A stretch of DNA of 64,000 bases from a virus: IMG/VR virus record IMGVR_UViG_3300044732_000704, positions 29,435 through 93,434 of that record, one strand, 5' to 3'. A program made the translations under genes and the position numbers. The notes under the pieces were generated by a model that worked only from the letters and a program-made list of their open reading frames with translations, had not been told where the DNA came from and made no database searches. The first letter of the stretch is position 1. The number at the start of each line of letters is the position of its first letter. Positions 37,025 to 46,404 of the stretch are shown piece after piece.

Positions 37025-37355
37025 GAGTCCCTAATGTTATGATGCCGCTGCTAACCACAGCGTTGGTAACATTGGCGTAGTATCCGAGTAGAGCAACTTT
37101 CGACGGATATTGCGTTAGCTGAGAAGCACTAAAGGAGTTGCCGGAGTCACAACCGTAAGTAAGTGGTTCTTACTGTGAGTTTATTCGCATATAGACTTGC
37201 TCAACAGATCAACACAGTTTGCTGCTGTGGAACGCCAGAGTGAGAGGTAAGCACAAGTCTATAGTCGAATGAGCTGAATGCGCAAGTAACGTTGCAAAGT
37301 AAGCCCGAAGGTTTTCCGGCTTAGCGTAACCGCTGAGGTTGCCAGCTCATTGCCT
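37025..37355 (+). ncRNA. Candidate structured non-coding RNA (about 330 nt)
   Basis: ORF-free, GC-richer than flanks, several long helices and a pseudoknot; strand inferred from neighbours. Confidence 0.55.
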
Positions 37356-37376
37356 ATTCAAACAAAAGGAAACATT

Positions 37377-37655
37377 ATGACCCCAGAGAATTTCTGTTAT
37401 TGGTTACAAGGATTATTAGAAATTGGTGATCCATCTATGCTGGATGCAAAGCAAGTATTAATTATTAAAGACCATTTGAATTTAGTGTTTAAGAAAGAAA
37501 CTACAACAATCAAGAATCCTACAATATCGGAGTGGTTACTATCGGATTCTCCTGTTCTTGATAAATTTAAAATAACCCAAGACCGAATTGATGTTGGTAA
37601 ACCATTACCAGATTACTTACGTCCTTGGTCAAGCCCTTTAACAATCACATGCTAG
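37377..37655 (+). CDS. Conserved phage protein (MTPENFCYWLQG family)
   Basis: Typical N-terminal motif; AAGGA RBS. Confidence 0.7.
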   Translation: MTPENFCYWLQGLLEIGDPSMLDAKQVLIIKDHLNLVFKKETTTIKNPTISEWLLSDSPVLDKFKITQDRIDVGKPLPDYLRPWSSPLTITC

Positions 37656-37667
37656 AAGAATAACAAT

Positions 37668-37919
37668 ATGACAAATAGATCAATCACAGGGTTTATAAGC
37701 CGCTGCATGGCTTGTAATCGCTTATTAGATACAGGCGAACAGAAACGTACATACCCCAATTCAGATGAGCTTGTAGGGCTTTGTAATAGCTGTATCAACG
37801 CATCAAAAGAAAAGCAATACTCTCCTACGTTTACATTAGAAAACTGCTCTGAAGGGGCAAGCCCATCGTTACATTCTGAGAGTCATTCTGACTTCTATTA
37901 TTCATATTTTGATAATTAA
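37668..37919 (+). CDS. Small zinc-finger protein
   Basis: RCMACN...LCNSC. Confidence 0.65.
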   Translation: MTNRSITGFISRCMACNRLLDTGEQKRTYPNSDELVGLCNSCINASKEKQYSPTFTLENCSEGASPSLHSESHSDFYYSYFDN

Positions 37920-37983
37920 ATTAAATATCTCTTGACAAATCAAGAAGTCAATGATACATTAGTGGATGTAAGAGGAATATAAT

Positions 37984-38346
37984 ATGACAGACGAAATTCG
38001 TGATGACAAAGGCAAGTTCCGCAAAGGAGTTAGCGGAAATAGAAATGGGAGACCTACTGGCAGTAAAGGTAAGCATTCTAAGGCTAAATTAGAATCTATG
38101 TTGTCACTAGCCGGTCCCCAATCCTTAAAGAAATTACAAGAGCTTGCAGCTACGTTAGAAGAACGCGGTGATGTTGGAGCAGCTATCAAGATTCACGTTT
38201 ACCTCAGCGGTAAATGGTTTGAGCTTCTTATCCACAATGAGAAAGTGGAGCTTCAACGAGCTAAGCAATCAGATGTCGATGACATGGCTGATACACAAGA
38301 AGAAACATACGAAGGTGTAGTTGTTAAATTTGGCGCTGTAAGCTAA
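37984..38346 (+). CDS. terS: Putative terminase small subunit
   Basis: GKFRKGVSGNRNGRPTGS (DUF5681-like) N-terminus; position upstream of terL. Confidence 0.65.
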   Translation: MTDEIRDDKGKFRKGVSGNRNGRPTGSKGKHSKAKLESMLSLAGPQSLKKLQELAATLEERGDVGAAIKIHVYLSGKWFELLIHNEKVELQRAKQSDVDDMADTQEETYEGVVVKFGAVS

Positions 38347-38379
38347 TTCAATTACATTCCCGCAAGTAACCAATTTTCA

Positions 38380-38513
38380 TTACTTCTCTCCTCCAGCTAT
38401 CACCATAAGGTAGCGATTAAAATAAAACACAGTGATGTGTTCCCTCCTTCCCCGTTACGATGGTGCATCCTCCTCTGCACACCTCTCCTCGTCGTAACGG
38501 GGCTTTTATTTTT
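38380..38513 (+). ncRNA. Candidate small RNA/3' element displaying repeated anti-Shine-Dalgarno (CUCCU) motifs, ending in a terminator
   Basis: Four CTCCT-containing tracts; CCCCGTTACGA/TCGTAACGGGG stem plus U-tract. Confidence 0.5.
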
Positions 38514-38542
38514 AAGAGAATGTAATTTACACAGGAAACACA

Positions 38543-38989
38543 ATGAAGAATTTAACTTATCATGGCGTGAGTAGCTTCTTGCCAGCAATTTATGAAGCAG
38601 TGAAGAATGGAACATATGCTGATTTCTGGAAAGAAATTAATGGAAAAATGTTTACCAATGTTAGCACCGATTATAGTGTTGGTGGTAATACTATTCGATT
38701 TGCTCAGTTACATGAAGTAGTAGATTACGTTGTAGCCAATGCAAAAGATTTGACAGAAGATGATATTCGTAGTATTGTTAGCACATTACTTCGTGTAACA
38801 TTTATCTTCGATAGAAAGTATGTATTTATGATGTCTGTAATCGAAAAAGATTTGACAGACGTAGTAGAAGCAGCTACAATTGAAGCAGAACAGGCTACGG
38901 AAGTAGTGGTTGACACAACAGTAGAAGCCCCTGTTCAAGAAGCTAAGCCTGTTGTGAAGAAGGCTGCTGCTAAAGCTAAGAAATCATAA
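38543..38989 (+). CDS. Hypothetical protein with Lys/Ala-rich tail
   Basis: 148 aa ORF. Confidence 0.7.
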   Translation: MKNLTYHGVSSFLPAIYEAVKNGTYADFWKEINGKMFTNVSTDYSVGGNTIRFAQLHEVVDYVVANAKDLTEDDIRSIVSTLLRVTFIFDRKYVFMMSVIEKDLTDVVEAATIEAEQATEVVVDTTVEAPVQEAKPVVKKAAAKAKKS

Positions 38990-38998
38990 GGAGGAATT

Positions 38999-39115
38999 AT
39001 GAAAGAACAAGATTGGGGTTTAGACCTTGACGTTGGTTATGGTGAAGGTATCTCTGATGAGTGGCCTCCAGTAATTAATGATGGTTGGTTAGATGTGGAT
39101 ATTGTTGGTCCTTAA
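38999..39115 (+). CDS. Very acidic 38 aa peptide (not in ORF track)
   Basis: AGGAGG RBS; MKEQDWGLDLDVGYGEGISDEWPP... Confidence 0.5.
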   Translation: MKEQDWGLDLDVGYGEGISDEWPPVINDGWLDVDIVGP

Positions 39116-39124
39116 TATTTAAAA

Positions 39125-39630
39125 GAATTCAGCATCCTCACATGGGATGTGGTTTGCTGATAGCCCTCGAATACGTTCCCTAGGGCTTTAAATACAGATG
39201 GAATCCGTGCAAGCGCCATAACACATGGACAACTATAAGAGTGAATAATGTGTTGGTCTGGTAGCGGCAGACTCCCTAATTTAGCATTCTGTAGATTCCA
39301 CTAGGAATGAATACCGGTGTTAACAAAAAGGCTGACCCAACCCTACACATAGAGCAATTAGAGCTGGACTGTTTAGGTTGCCTACTTCCCTGTAATAAGG
39401 TTTCCCTCGTGGGGAGTAAAAGTTTAATTGTGGGATAGATATAACACGATTGATGCTATCGATGGCTACGGTTAACGTGTATAAATAAAGTGAAACAATC
39501 GACGGAATGTGTCGTTGGGGCACTTAGAGCAGTCCGTTAATCTGTTATTGCTTAAAAGCACTTAAGTTGTTTGGCTCATTGAAGCCTTATAATATGTAAC
39601 CAACCTCTGCGTAAGTACGTTGGTTATTTC
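39125..39630 (+). ncRNA. Candidate large structured non-coding RNA (about 500 nt)
   Basis: No credible ORF; serial hairpins and nested long-range helices; strand inferred. Confidence 0.55.
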
Positions 39631-39777
39631 ATTTTGTTGTACAGGCTATTGGCGTGGCTTGGTGCTTCGGCACGAAAAATTGTTCACAGAGATTCTATTA
39701 ACAAATATTCTCTGTGCTGGGTTTGTGAACAGACCCGCGCCAATGCGCGGGGAGTATTTGATTAATAGGATTTTAAA

Positions 39778-40740
39778 TTGAAAGAGAAGCGGAAAGGTAA
39801 ATATCGTCGTCTTACACAAGAACAATTTATTGAAAAATGTAAAGAGAACCAGAAAATAGAGTTAGACTATTCTAACCTTGTTTACCTGACTCAGCACGAG
39901 AAGTGCGAAGTGACTTGTATCAAGCACGGCAACACATATTGGCAAGATGCTCAATCAATGATGTTAGGTGGGATTGGATGCTGTGACTGCCTAAGAGAAT
40001 ATAAATCTAAAGTGGCTTCAAGTAATCTGCACGAGTTTATTAAAAAGTTGGACGCTAAATTCCCTGCACATGGTTTTGATTTTAGTAATGCAAAATACGA
40101 GAGAGCTTCTGTACACATAGAGGTGACTTGTAAGGAAGGTCATACTTTCAGAGCAAAGCCAAATAATTTAATGTCTGGGCATGGTTGTCCAAGTTGCTTC
40201 AATATAAGAAAAGGTCATCTTCACAACAAAGGTCGTGAAAGTTATATTCTTAAATTCAAAGCAGTTCACGGCGATTTATACGACTATTCTACTGTTTCAG
40301 AATTCAAGAACTGTAAACAAAAAGTGATTGTCACCTGCCCTACACATGGTGAATTTAGTATAACACCAGACAATCATGTTCAAGGTAAAGGTTGTCCTCT
40401 ATGTGGTGGAAGTGGTTTTCAACCACAGAAATCAGGAACATTCTACATACTTAAAGTAACTGACGATGTTATAAAGTTTGGTGTTACAAATAATATGGAA
40501 AGGCGTTTGAAGGAAATCAGACGCTACTCTACCTTTGATATAGAGCCTATGTATTTGTTCAATTTTGCTAGTGGTTATACAGCACTGGACATTGAGAATA
40601 AAGTCTACAGAAGTAAAGATATTATAAGAAAGGTAGTTTCGAAAGTAGATATGAAGCACGGTTATGTAGAGACAACGTACCTCTCTAATTTATCTAAGAT
40701 ATTATCTATAGTGTATGAATATGAAGACCAGCTTTTATAG
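39778..40740 (+). CDS. Free-standing homing endonuclease (DUF723-type zinc repeats plus C-terminal GIY-YIG/T5orf172-like domain)
   Basis: Three repeats ending C..HG...GC..C; FYILKV...IKFGVT...RR. Confidence 0.8.
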   Translation: MKEKRKGKYRRLTQEQFIEKCKENQKIELDYSNLVYLTQHEKCEVTCIKHGNTYWQDAQSMMLGGIGCCDCLREYKSKVASSNLHEFIKKLDAKFPAHGFDFSNAKYERASVHIEVTCKEGHTFRAKPNNLMSGHGCPSCFNIRKGHLHNKGRESYILKFKAVHGDLYDYSTVSEFKNCKQKVIVTCPTHGEFSITPDNHVQGKGCPLCGGSGFQPQKSGTFYILKVTDDVIKFGVTNNMERRLKEIRRYSTFDIEPMYLFNFASGYTALDIENKVYRSKDIIRKVVSKVDMKHGYVETTYLSNLSKILSIVYEYEDQLL

Positions 40741-40792
40741 CTGGCTCTTTTCTATAGTGCATTTAATTAGTGCATTATAAAAAAGGAGAAAT

Positions 40793-42610
40793 ATGAGTAA
40801 CAAAAGACCTAAAGTAACGAACAAGGCTCCTCCAAAAGAGATTGTAGAGATTGGACCTTGTTCTCCAATGCAAGAACTTGTATTCAAAAGAGCTACCGAA
40901 GTAGATTTCATGATCATCGGTGGTTCGCGTGGTAAATAGACCGCTGCCACGTAACCCTGCTAAGTCGGTGAAACCCTAACGTATAGACGAGGGCAATACC
41001 GAGCCGAACGATTAGATTCGTGGGTGTAGAGACTAAAGTAATGTCAAGCGACATGAAAACGTAGGGATGCTTTATTGCATAAGATATAGTCCGACAACAC
41101 CGGAAACGGTGGAAGTGCCTAGCGAACACATAACTGAGACTTGGGCGGCAAGTCTGAAGTAATAACTCAGATACCTCTAATGTGGCGAGATGATCCACGA
41201 TTCAACGGAATGTTTGTCCGTGTTCAGTATGACCAATTGACAGGTGCTGGTGGTTTGTGGGAGACTGCATACAAATACTACCCTCTCCTTGGTGCAAGAC
41301 CTATCAAATCTCCACCACCATATTATCAATTTCCTTCTGGTTGTAAGATTCGATACAAAGCTATTTCAAATCTTTCTGACGCTGAAAAAATGCGCGGCTT
41401 GCAACTTAGCTATTTGGGTGTGGATGAAATCACCCAAGTCCCGAAAGAGGCTCTTTTATTTTTACTTACAACTTTGCGCTCGGAAGCGAACATGAACTCT
41501 GTTTGCATCGGAACGTGTAACCCCCACAGGGAGAACTGGGTATATGACCTAGTTAAGTGGTATCTCGATGATGAGGGTTTTGTTGATAAGGCTAAGAATG
41601 GACAAATTCGTTGGTACGTAGTAAAAGATAATGACTTTATATTTGCCGATAGTGAAGAATGGTTTAGTGAAAACATGCCGGAGACGGTGTATATAACCAA
41701 CCCGTCCACTAATGAGCAAATGTATGTACCACCTAAAAAGTTTTGCTTTGTGCAACTAACAATTTTTGATAACCCAATACTCATCCGACTCAACCCGCGC
41801 TATCTGTCTGAACTTCAAAATTTACCTGAGCATGAAAGAGCCAGCCAGCTTTTCGGAAATTGGCACAGCGAGAGTGACAAGATAAAATTCTTCGACAGAA
41901 AATGGCTCAGGGGACAACATGGGGAAAGGGTCAAAAAATCCTTACCGGAAGGTTGTCAAAGAGTAGTAGCTTGGGATAAAGCTAACACAGAGTATAGTCC
42001 TAAGATTAAAAATACAGACGCAGACTTTACCGCTTGTATTCACATGGCTAAAGACAGTAATGGATTTTACTACATATATGGTGACTTTGCTAAAACTACT
42101 TTCGATGAACACGAACAAGTTTATGGGAAGTTTAGAAAAGCTGCCGGTGAGCGAGACCAATTAATGCTACTGCAAGCCAAACATGATGGTAGAGAGACTA
42201 AAGTAGTATTAGCTCAGGATGCCGGAGCAGACGGAAAGCAAGTGTTTCAAGAGATTGCCAAGAAGTTTGTTGCCGAAGGATTTAAAATATACCCTTCTGC
42301 CGCATCTGGTACAAGAAGTAAATCTTCTCGCTTTGAACCTTTCTTATCTGCGGCACAATCTGGTCTGGTGTTTATAGTAGAAGATAGTTTTCCTGATACT
42401 AGGACGCTGAATGCTTTCTACAGAGAGCTTGAACAATTTCAACCAAACGAAGACGGTAAGTGGCGCAGCAGCAGAAAAATCAAAGATGATTGGGTTGATA
42501 CAACAGCAGATTGTTTTAATTTCCTGTGCCGTGTCAAAACTTACACAGTCCCAAAACTAACCGCTCTCAACGATCCCACAATCAAAGCGCAATATGACCT
42601 TAATTCATAA
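40793..42610 (+). CDS. terL: Terminase large subunit, spliced: join(40793..40933,41144..42610)
   Basis: Splicing restores Walker A GGSRGGGKS; Walker B GVDEITQ, GTCNP, nuclease AWDKA and DDWVD. Confidence 0.9.
40934..41143 (+). mobile_element. Group I intron in terL (210 nt, no ORF)
   Basis: Exon ends in U, intron ends in G; IGS GCCACG pairs with CGTGGT; AAGTCGGTGAAA/AATACCGAG, GAGACTA and AAGATATAGTCC core. Confidence 0.9.
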
Positions 42611-42622
42611 TCTGAGGGGATA

Positions 42623-44396
42623 ATGTCAGAAACAATTCAAATTGAGAAAGCTGAATCTAATCCCTCTAGCTCAGACAGTCGTCTTCGCTTAGGGGAGATC
42701 GGCAATCCATATCTAAAAGCCATCGGGGGCTACATTGAAGAATCTGCTAAGAAAGAATTGCAGTTTCCTCATAGCCTCACCACATACGATAAGATGGCTT
42801 CTACCTCTGCTGTTAGCCAAGGCTTAACCGCTGGTGAAGTATTCCTTACGAAGTCCCTACTTGCTACAAAGTTTATCGCAGGTGTATCAGGAAGTCAAGA
42901 GTCAAAAGATTTTGCTGCCTTCCTCAACTGGAACATCAAGAACTTCGTCGGTAACAGTTGGTACGATGCCATCACAAATATTATCACATTCCGTAAATAT
43001 GGATTCGCTTGGCTTGAGAAAGTCTTTGCAAAGAATGATAGTATTAAGTGGTCTGGTAAATATAAATACAAATACGCAAAGCTTGCTCCTCGCGCTCAAA
43101 AGAGTGTTCGTGAGTGGGTGTTTGATGATGCTGTATTGAAGCGAGACTTAGTTGGTTTACATCAATGGATGCCAGCTACAGTTATTGGACAAAGTAATAT
43201 CAACCCTTTCACTGTACAAAACTTAACAGATAAATTTGTTCGTAGAGAAAAGTTTATGTTGTTTAGTTGGAACAGTACAGGTAACAACCCTCAAGGTAAA
43301 TCAGATCTATACGACTGCTTTAAATCTTGGAAAGAGCTTGAAATGATTACAAGCTATGAGGTTGTTGGGGTGAGCAAGGACTTGGGTAGAACTGCCCCCT
43401 TGTGTAGTAATGCACATTGAATAACTTTTCTAATTCGGTGAAACTCTTACCAAGTAATGTTGGAGACAATACCGAGCGAAGCTCAGTAATGAGAACGTGT
43501 AACGACTAGGCGTAAGCCGTAGGGCTAAGTAGCTCGAAATGGGAAGCATCCTTATAGGATGAAGATATAGTCTGAACTTTATGGAAACATAGAGAAGCGA
43601 ATAATGTCGCTGGAGTGAATTAACGACTCACTTTGAACAAATGGGTGTCCTTGTATTACGTGTCCCGAATGACCACATCAATAAAGCTGCTGAAGATGAT
43701 CAGAGCTTAGAAGCAAAAACACTCAGAGCATTACAAAAGAATGCTGCTGCTATTCATGCTGGCGATCAAACATATATCCTCTTAGGATCAGATACACATG
43801 GTGAAACAGGTAACGGTAAATACGTTTACGATGTTGAACTGAAGGGTGTCGATGGTGGCAGTAAAGCCTATAAAACCTCTGAACTAATCGAAGCTCGTAA
43901 GAAAGATATTCTTAACGTATTAGGTGCTTCCTTCCTTCTGGTTGGTCAAGGTGATACAGGTTCACACAGTCTATCAGATAGTTCTCGCAGTGTCCATGCT
44001 TTCTACATGGAACGTATGCTGATGTATATTAAAACAGTATTTGAGCGTGAGTTTGTTAAGTCTCTTGCAGACATTAATGAACTGAAACTTGAAGAAGATG
44101 ATATGCCAGTGATGACGTTTGGTGAGCTGGATGAAGCTGACCCAGAGAACAATGCTAAAGTGGTTCAGTTGATGGCTGGTGTTGGTATGATGGTTAAAGA
44201 TAAGTCAATCATTATTCAAGCACACAAGATGACTGGGTTCGATACAACAGAGATCGAGAAGCTCACTGAAGAAGAACTGTTAGCTAAGCTCACCCCTGAC
44301 ACAGCCCGTGTTGGTGAGAGTGGTGGTTCTAGTGGTACAGGTACAAGTCAGTTGAAGAATCCTAACTCTACAAGAAATATGGCAAATTCTGCATGA
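42623..44396 (+). CDS. Portal protein, spliced: join(42623..43387,43644..44396)
   Basis: DUF935-like portal after terL (YGFAWLEKV, GNNPQGKS, GSHSLS); splicing gives SKDLG|GVLVL in frame. Confidence 0.88.
43388..43643 (+). mobile_element. Group I intron in portal gene (256 nt, no ORF)
   Basis: AATTCGGTGAAA/AATACCGAG, AACGACTA and AAGATATAGTCT core; U at 5' exon end; terminal G. Confidence 0.9.
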
Positions 44397-44920
44397 ACAA
44401 AGAAAAACTAATCAAAATGTTTACTGACTTGTTGGACATGGCTATCGGTGATAGTGAAAACCATAAGCAAGTTATTGAGAGCGATGTCACTACACCAGAA
44501 GGTGTTCAGGTACGTAAGTCTGTGGACGTTGAAGAACGTCGAGCATTGTTCGTTGTATTAGCTCCACAAGAGTCTGAGGCAGAAACAGAAGACTTACATG
44601 GTGATGTTTACTTTGACCAAGACGTTATCGAAGCTTGTCGCTCATTCAACGTTCACTGCATGAAAGCTAATCTGATGCACAGCGTAATGCTTGATTCTGA
44701 CTTAGCCATTATCGAGCAGTCTTATACTTCTCCAGTTGAATTTATTATCGAGAATCCAGAAGGTGAGCAAGTGACTATTCGCAAGAACACTTGGTTGCAA
44801 GAATGGTACTTCCCTGAACCAGATGAATTAGCTGAAGATGTAATTTGGCCTAAAGTGAAGGATGGTACGTTCACAGGCTTGAGCGTTTATTGTGAAGCTT
44901 ACGGGCAGGAAATTAAATGA
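44393..44920 (+). CDS. Prohead serine protease (XkdF-like)
   Basis: DLHGD, NLMH, FTGLSV motifs; synteny. Confidence 0.8.
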   Translation: MNKEKLIKMFTDLLDMAIGDSENHKQVIESDVTTPEGVQVRKSVDVEERRALFVVLAPQESEAETEDLHGDVYFDQDVIEACRSFNVHCMKANLMHSVMLDSDLAIIEQSYTSPVEFIIENPEGEQVTIRKNTWLQEWYFPEPDELAEDVIWPKVKDGTFTGLSVYCEAYGQEIK

Positions 44921-45855
44921 CAATTAGCAAACAGAAAGCAAAGCGTAAGCTTTTCAACTTTGACTTCGATACACATGGTGCTCATGTAGCCCTTGTGTCT
45001 AAAGACCAAGGAAATGCCGCGAATGGGTACAAACTAATTTGTACAAAAGGGACCAATGTTGGTATCCAACCAACTGACGTAGTGAAAGTACAGAAAGCAT
45101 TAGAACAGATTACTGTAACAATGTCAATGGAAGAATTCTTACGTAAGTTCTTTGATATGTGGAGTTCTGACGCGGAAACCCTTACAAAGCTGTTAGGTTT
45201 TGAAACAGAGTTTGAAGCAAACAAAGCTGAACGTGAATCTTCTGATGGTGAATACGATTGGGAGAAAGAACATGAGAAGTGGATTACAGAGCGTGTAGCT
45301 CAGTTCACTATTATGAAGTCTCTCAGCGAAAACCCAAACCAAACAATTAGTGATGAAGACTTTATTGCTATCACTACTATCCAGTCTCAAATCGAGAAAT
45401 CTTTACAACAACAAAACGAGGAAGACCCCTTGAAAATCCAAGTAGAAAAAGCTCGCTACGAGCAATTAGAACAAGTCGAGCAAGCTCACGAAGCTGCCGT
45501 AGCAGAAGCTACTCAACTCAAAGTTGAGAAATCTGCTCTGGAAGTGGAAGTAGTTGAACTGCGTAATCAAGTACAGAAAGCTAAAGAAGAAAAAGAAGCT
45601 GCTGAATTTGAAGCATTCCAAGAAACTCTGAAAGACTTAGTATCTGCTGAAGAATTAACTACTGTTGCTAAATCATTATTCGTAATGAAAGCCACCAGCC
45701 CAGAAGCGGCTGAAGTAGTGATTAAATCTCTGCAAGCTAAAAAAGAACTGGTAGAAAAATCTGACCTGTTCGAAGAAACCACATCTGGTGATGAAGTGTC
45801 TCCAGAACAAGTTAAGAAAGCTGCATTCGCAGCAGAATTAAACAAACCTTACTAA
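44917..45855 (+). CDS. Capsid scaffolding/maturation protein
   Basis: HVALV..AANG N-terminus; acidic coiled-coil C-half. Confidence 0.7.
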   Translation: MTISKQKAKRKLFNFDFDTHGAHVALVSKDQGNAANGYKLICTKGTNVGIQPTDVVKVQKALEQITVTMSMEEFLRKFFDMWSSDAETLTKLLGFETEFEANKAERESSDGEYDWEKEHEKWITERVAQFTIMKSLSENPNQTISDEDFIAITTIQSQIEKSLQQQNEEDPLKIQVEKARYEQLEQVEQAHEAAVAEATQLKVEKSALEVEVVELRNQVQKAKEEKEAAEFEAFQETLKDLVSAEELTTVAKSLFVMKATSPEAAEVVIKSLQAKKELVEKSDLFEETTSGDEVSPEQVKKAAFAAELNKPY

Positions 45856-45874
45856 TTATAAAGGATAAACAATA

Positions 45875-46369
45875 ATGGCTGTTATTGCAACTTCTAGTCC
45901 AGTTCTGTCAGATGTTCTGATGCAGGACATCTTCCCATTGGTTGAAAACTTCAACTACCAACATAACGTAAACGTTGATGAAGCTTCTACCAAAACCTAC
46001 CGTGTAGGTCAAGTTGTTATTTGGGACAACACTCTGGTAGCTTACCGTCAACCTGTTGCTGGTGATTTCACTGGTGATGCAGTCAACGTTCCAGCGAACG
46101 ATGGTGCTGTAGCTAACGGCGCTAAATTTGGTGTCGTAGTTGGCTTCGATGCTCTGGGTGATGTTCGTGGTGACGTATCTGTTACTACTGCTGGTGACAA
46201 AGTGGTTCTGCTGTTCCGTGGTGCTGCTTCTGTTAAGAAATCAGGCTTACGTTTTGATGCTGGCTTAAACGCAGCTAAACAGAACTCTCTGATTGCACAA
46301 CTCGAAAAACAAAACATCGCTGTCAAGTCTGTACTGGGCGCTGTTACTTCTACTTTCTACGGCGTCTAA
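45875..46369 (+). CDS. Head decoration protein
   Basis: Between scaffold and MCP; high-expression codon bias. Confidence 0.75.
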   Translation: MAVIATSSPVLSDVLMQDIFPLVENFNYQHNVNVDEASTKTYRVGQVVIWDNTLVAYRQPVAGDFTGDAVNVPANDGAVANGAKFGVVVGFDALGDVRGDVSVTTAGDKVVLLFRGAASVKKSGLRFDAGLNAAKQNSLIAQLEKQNIAVKSVLGAVTSTFYGV

Positions 46370-46404
46370 TAGCCGTTATTATTTCTCAATAAGGATTCTA
46401 AATA

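Noticed and set aside
39320-39523. 67-aa minus-strand ORF in the large intergenic region
   Set aside because: No RBS, opposite to local transcription, no recognisable protein features; base-pairing potential explains the region better
37025-39770. tRNA gene cluster in the non-coding segments
   Set aside because: No cloverleaf with a GTTCRA T-loop and acceptor stem could be found by eye; tRNAscan-SE/ARAGORN would settle it
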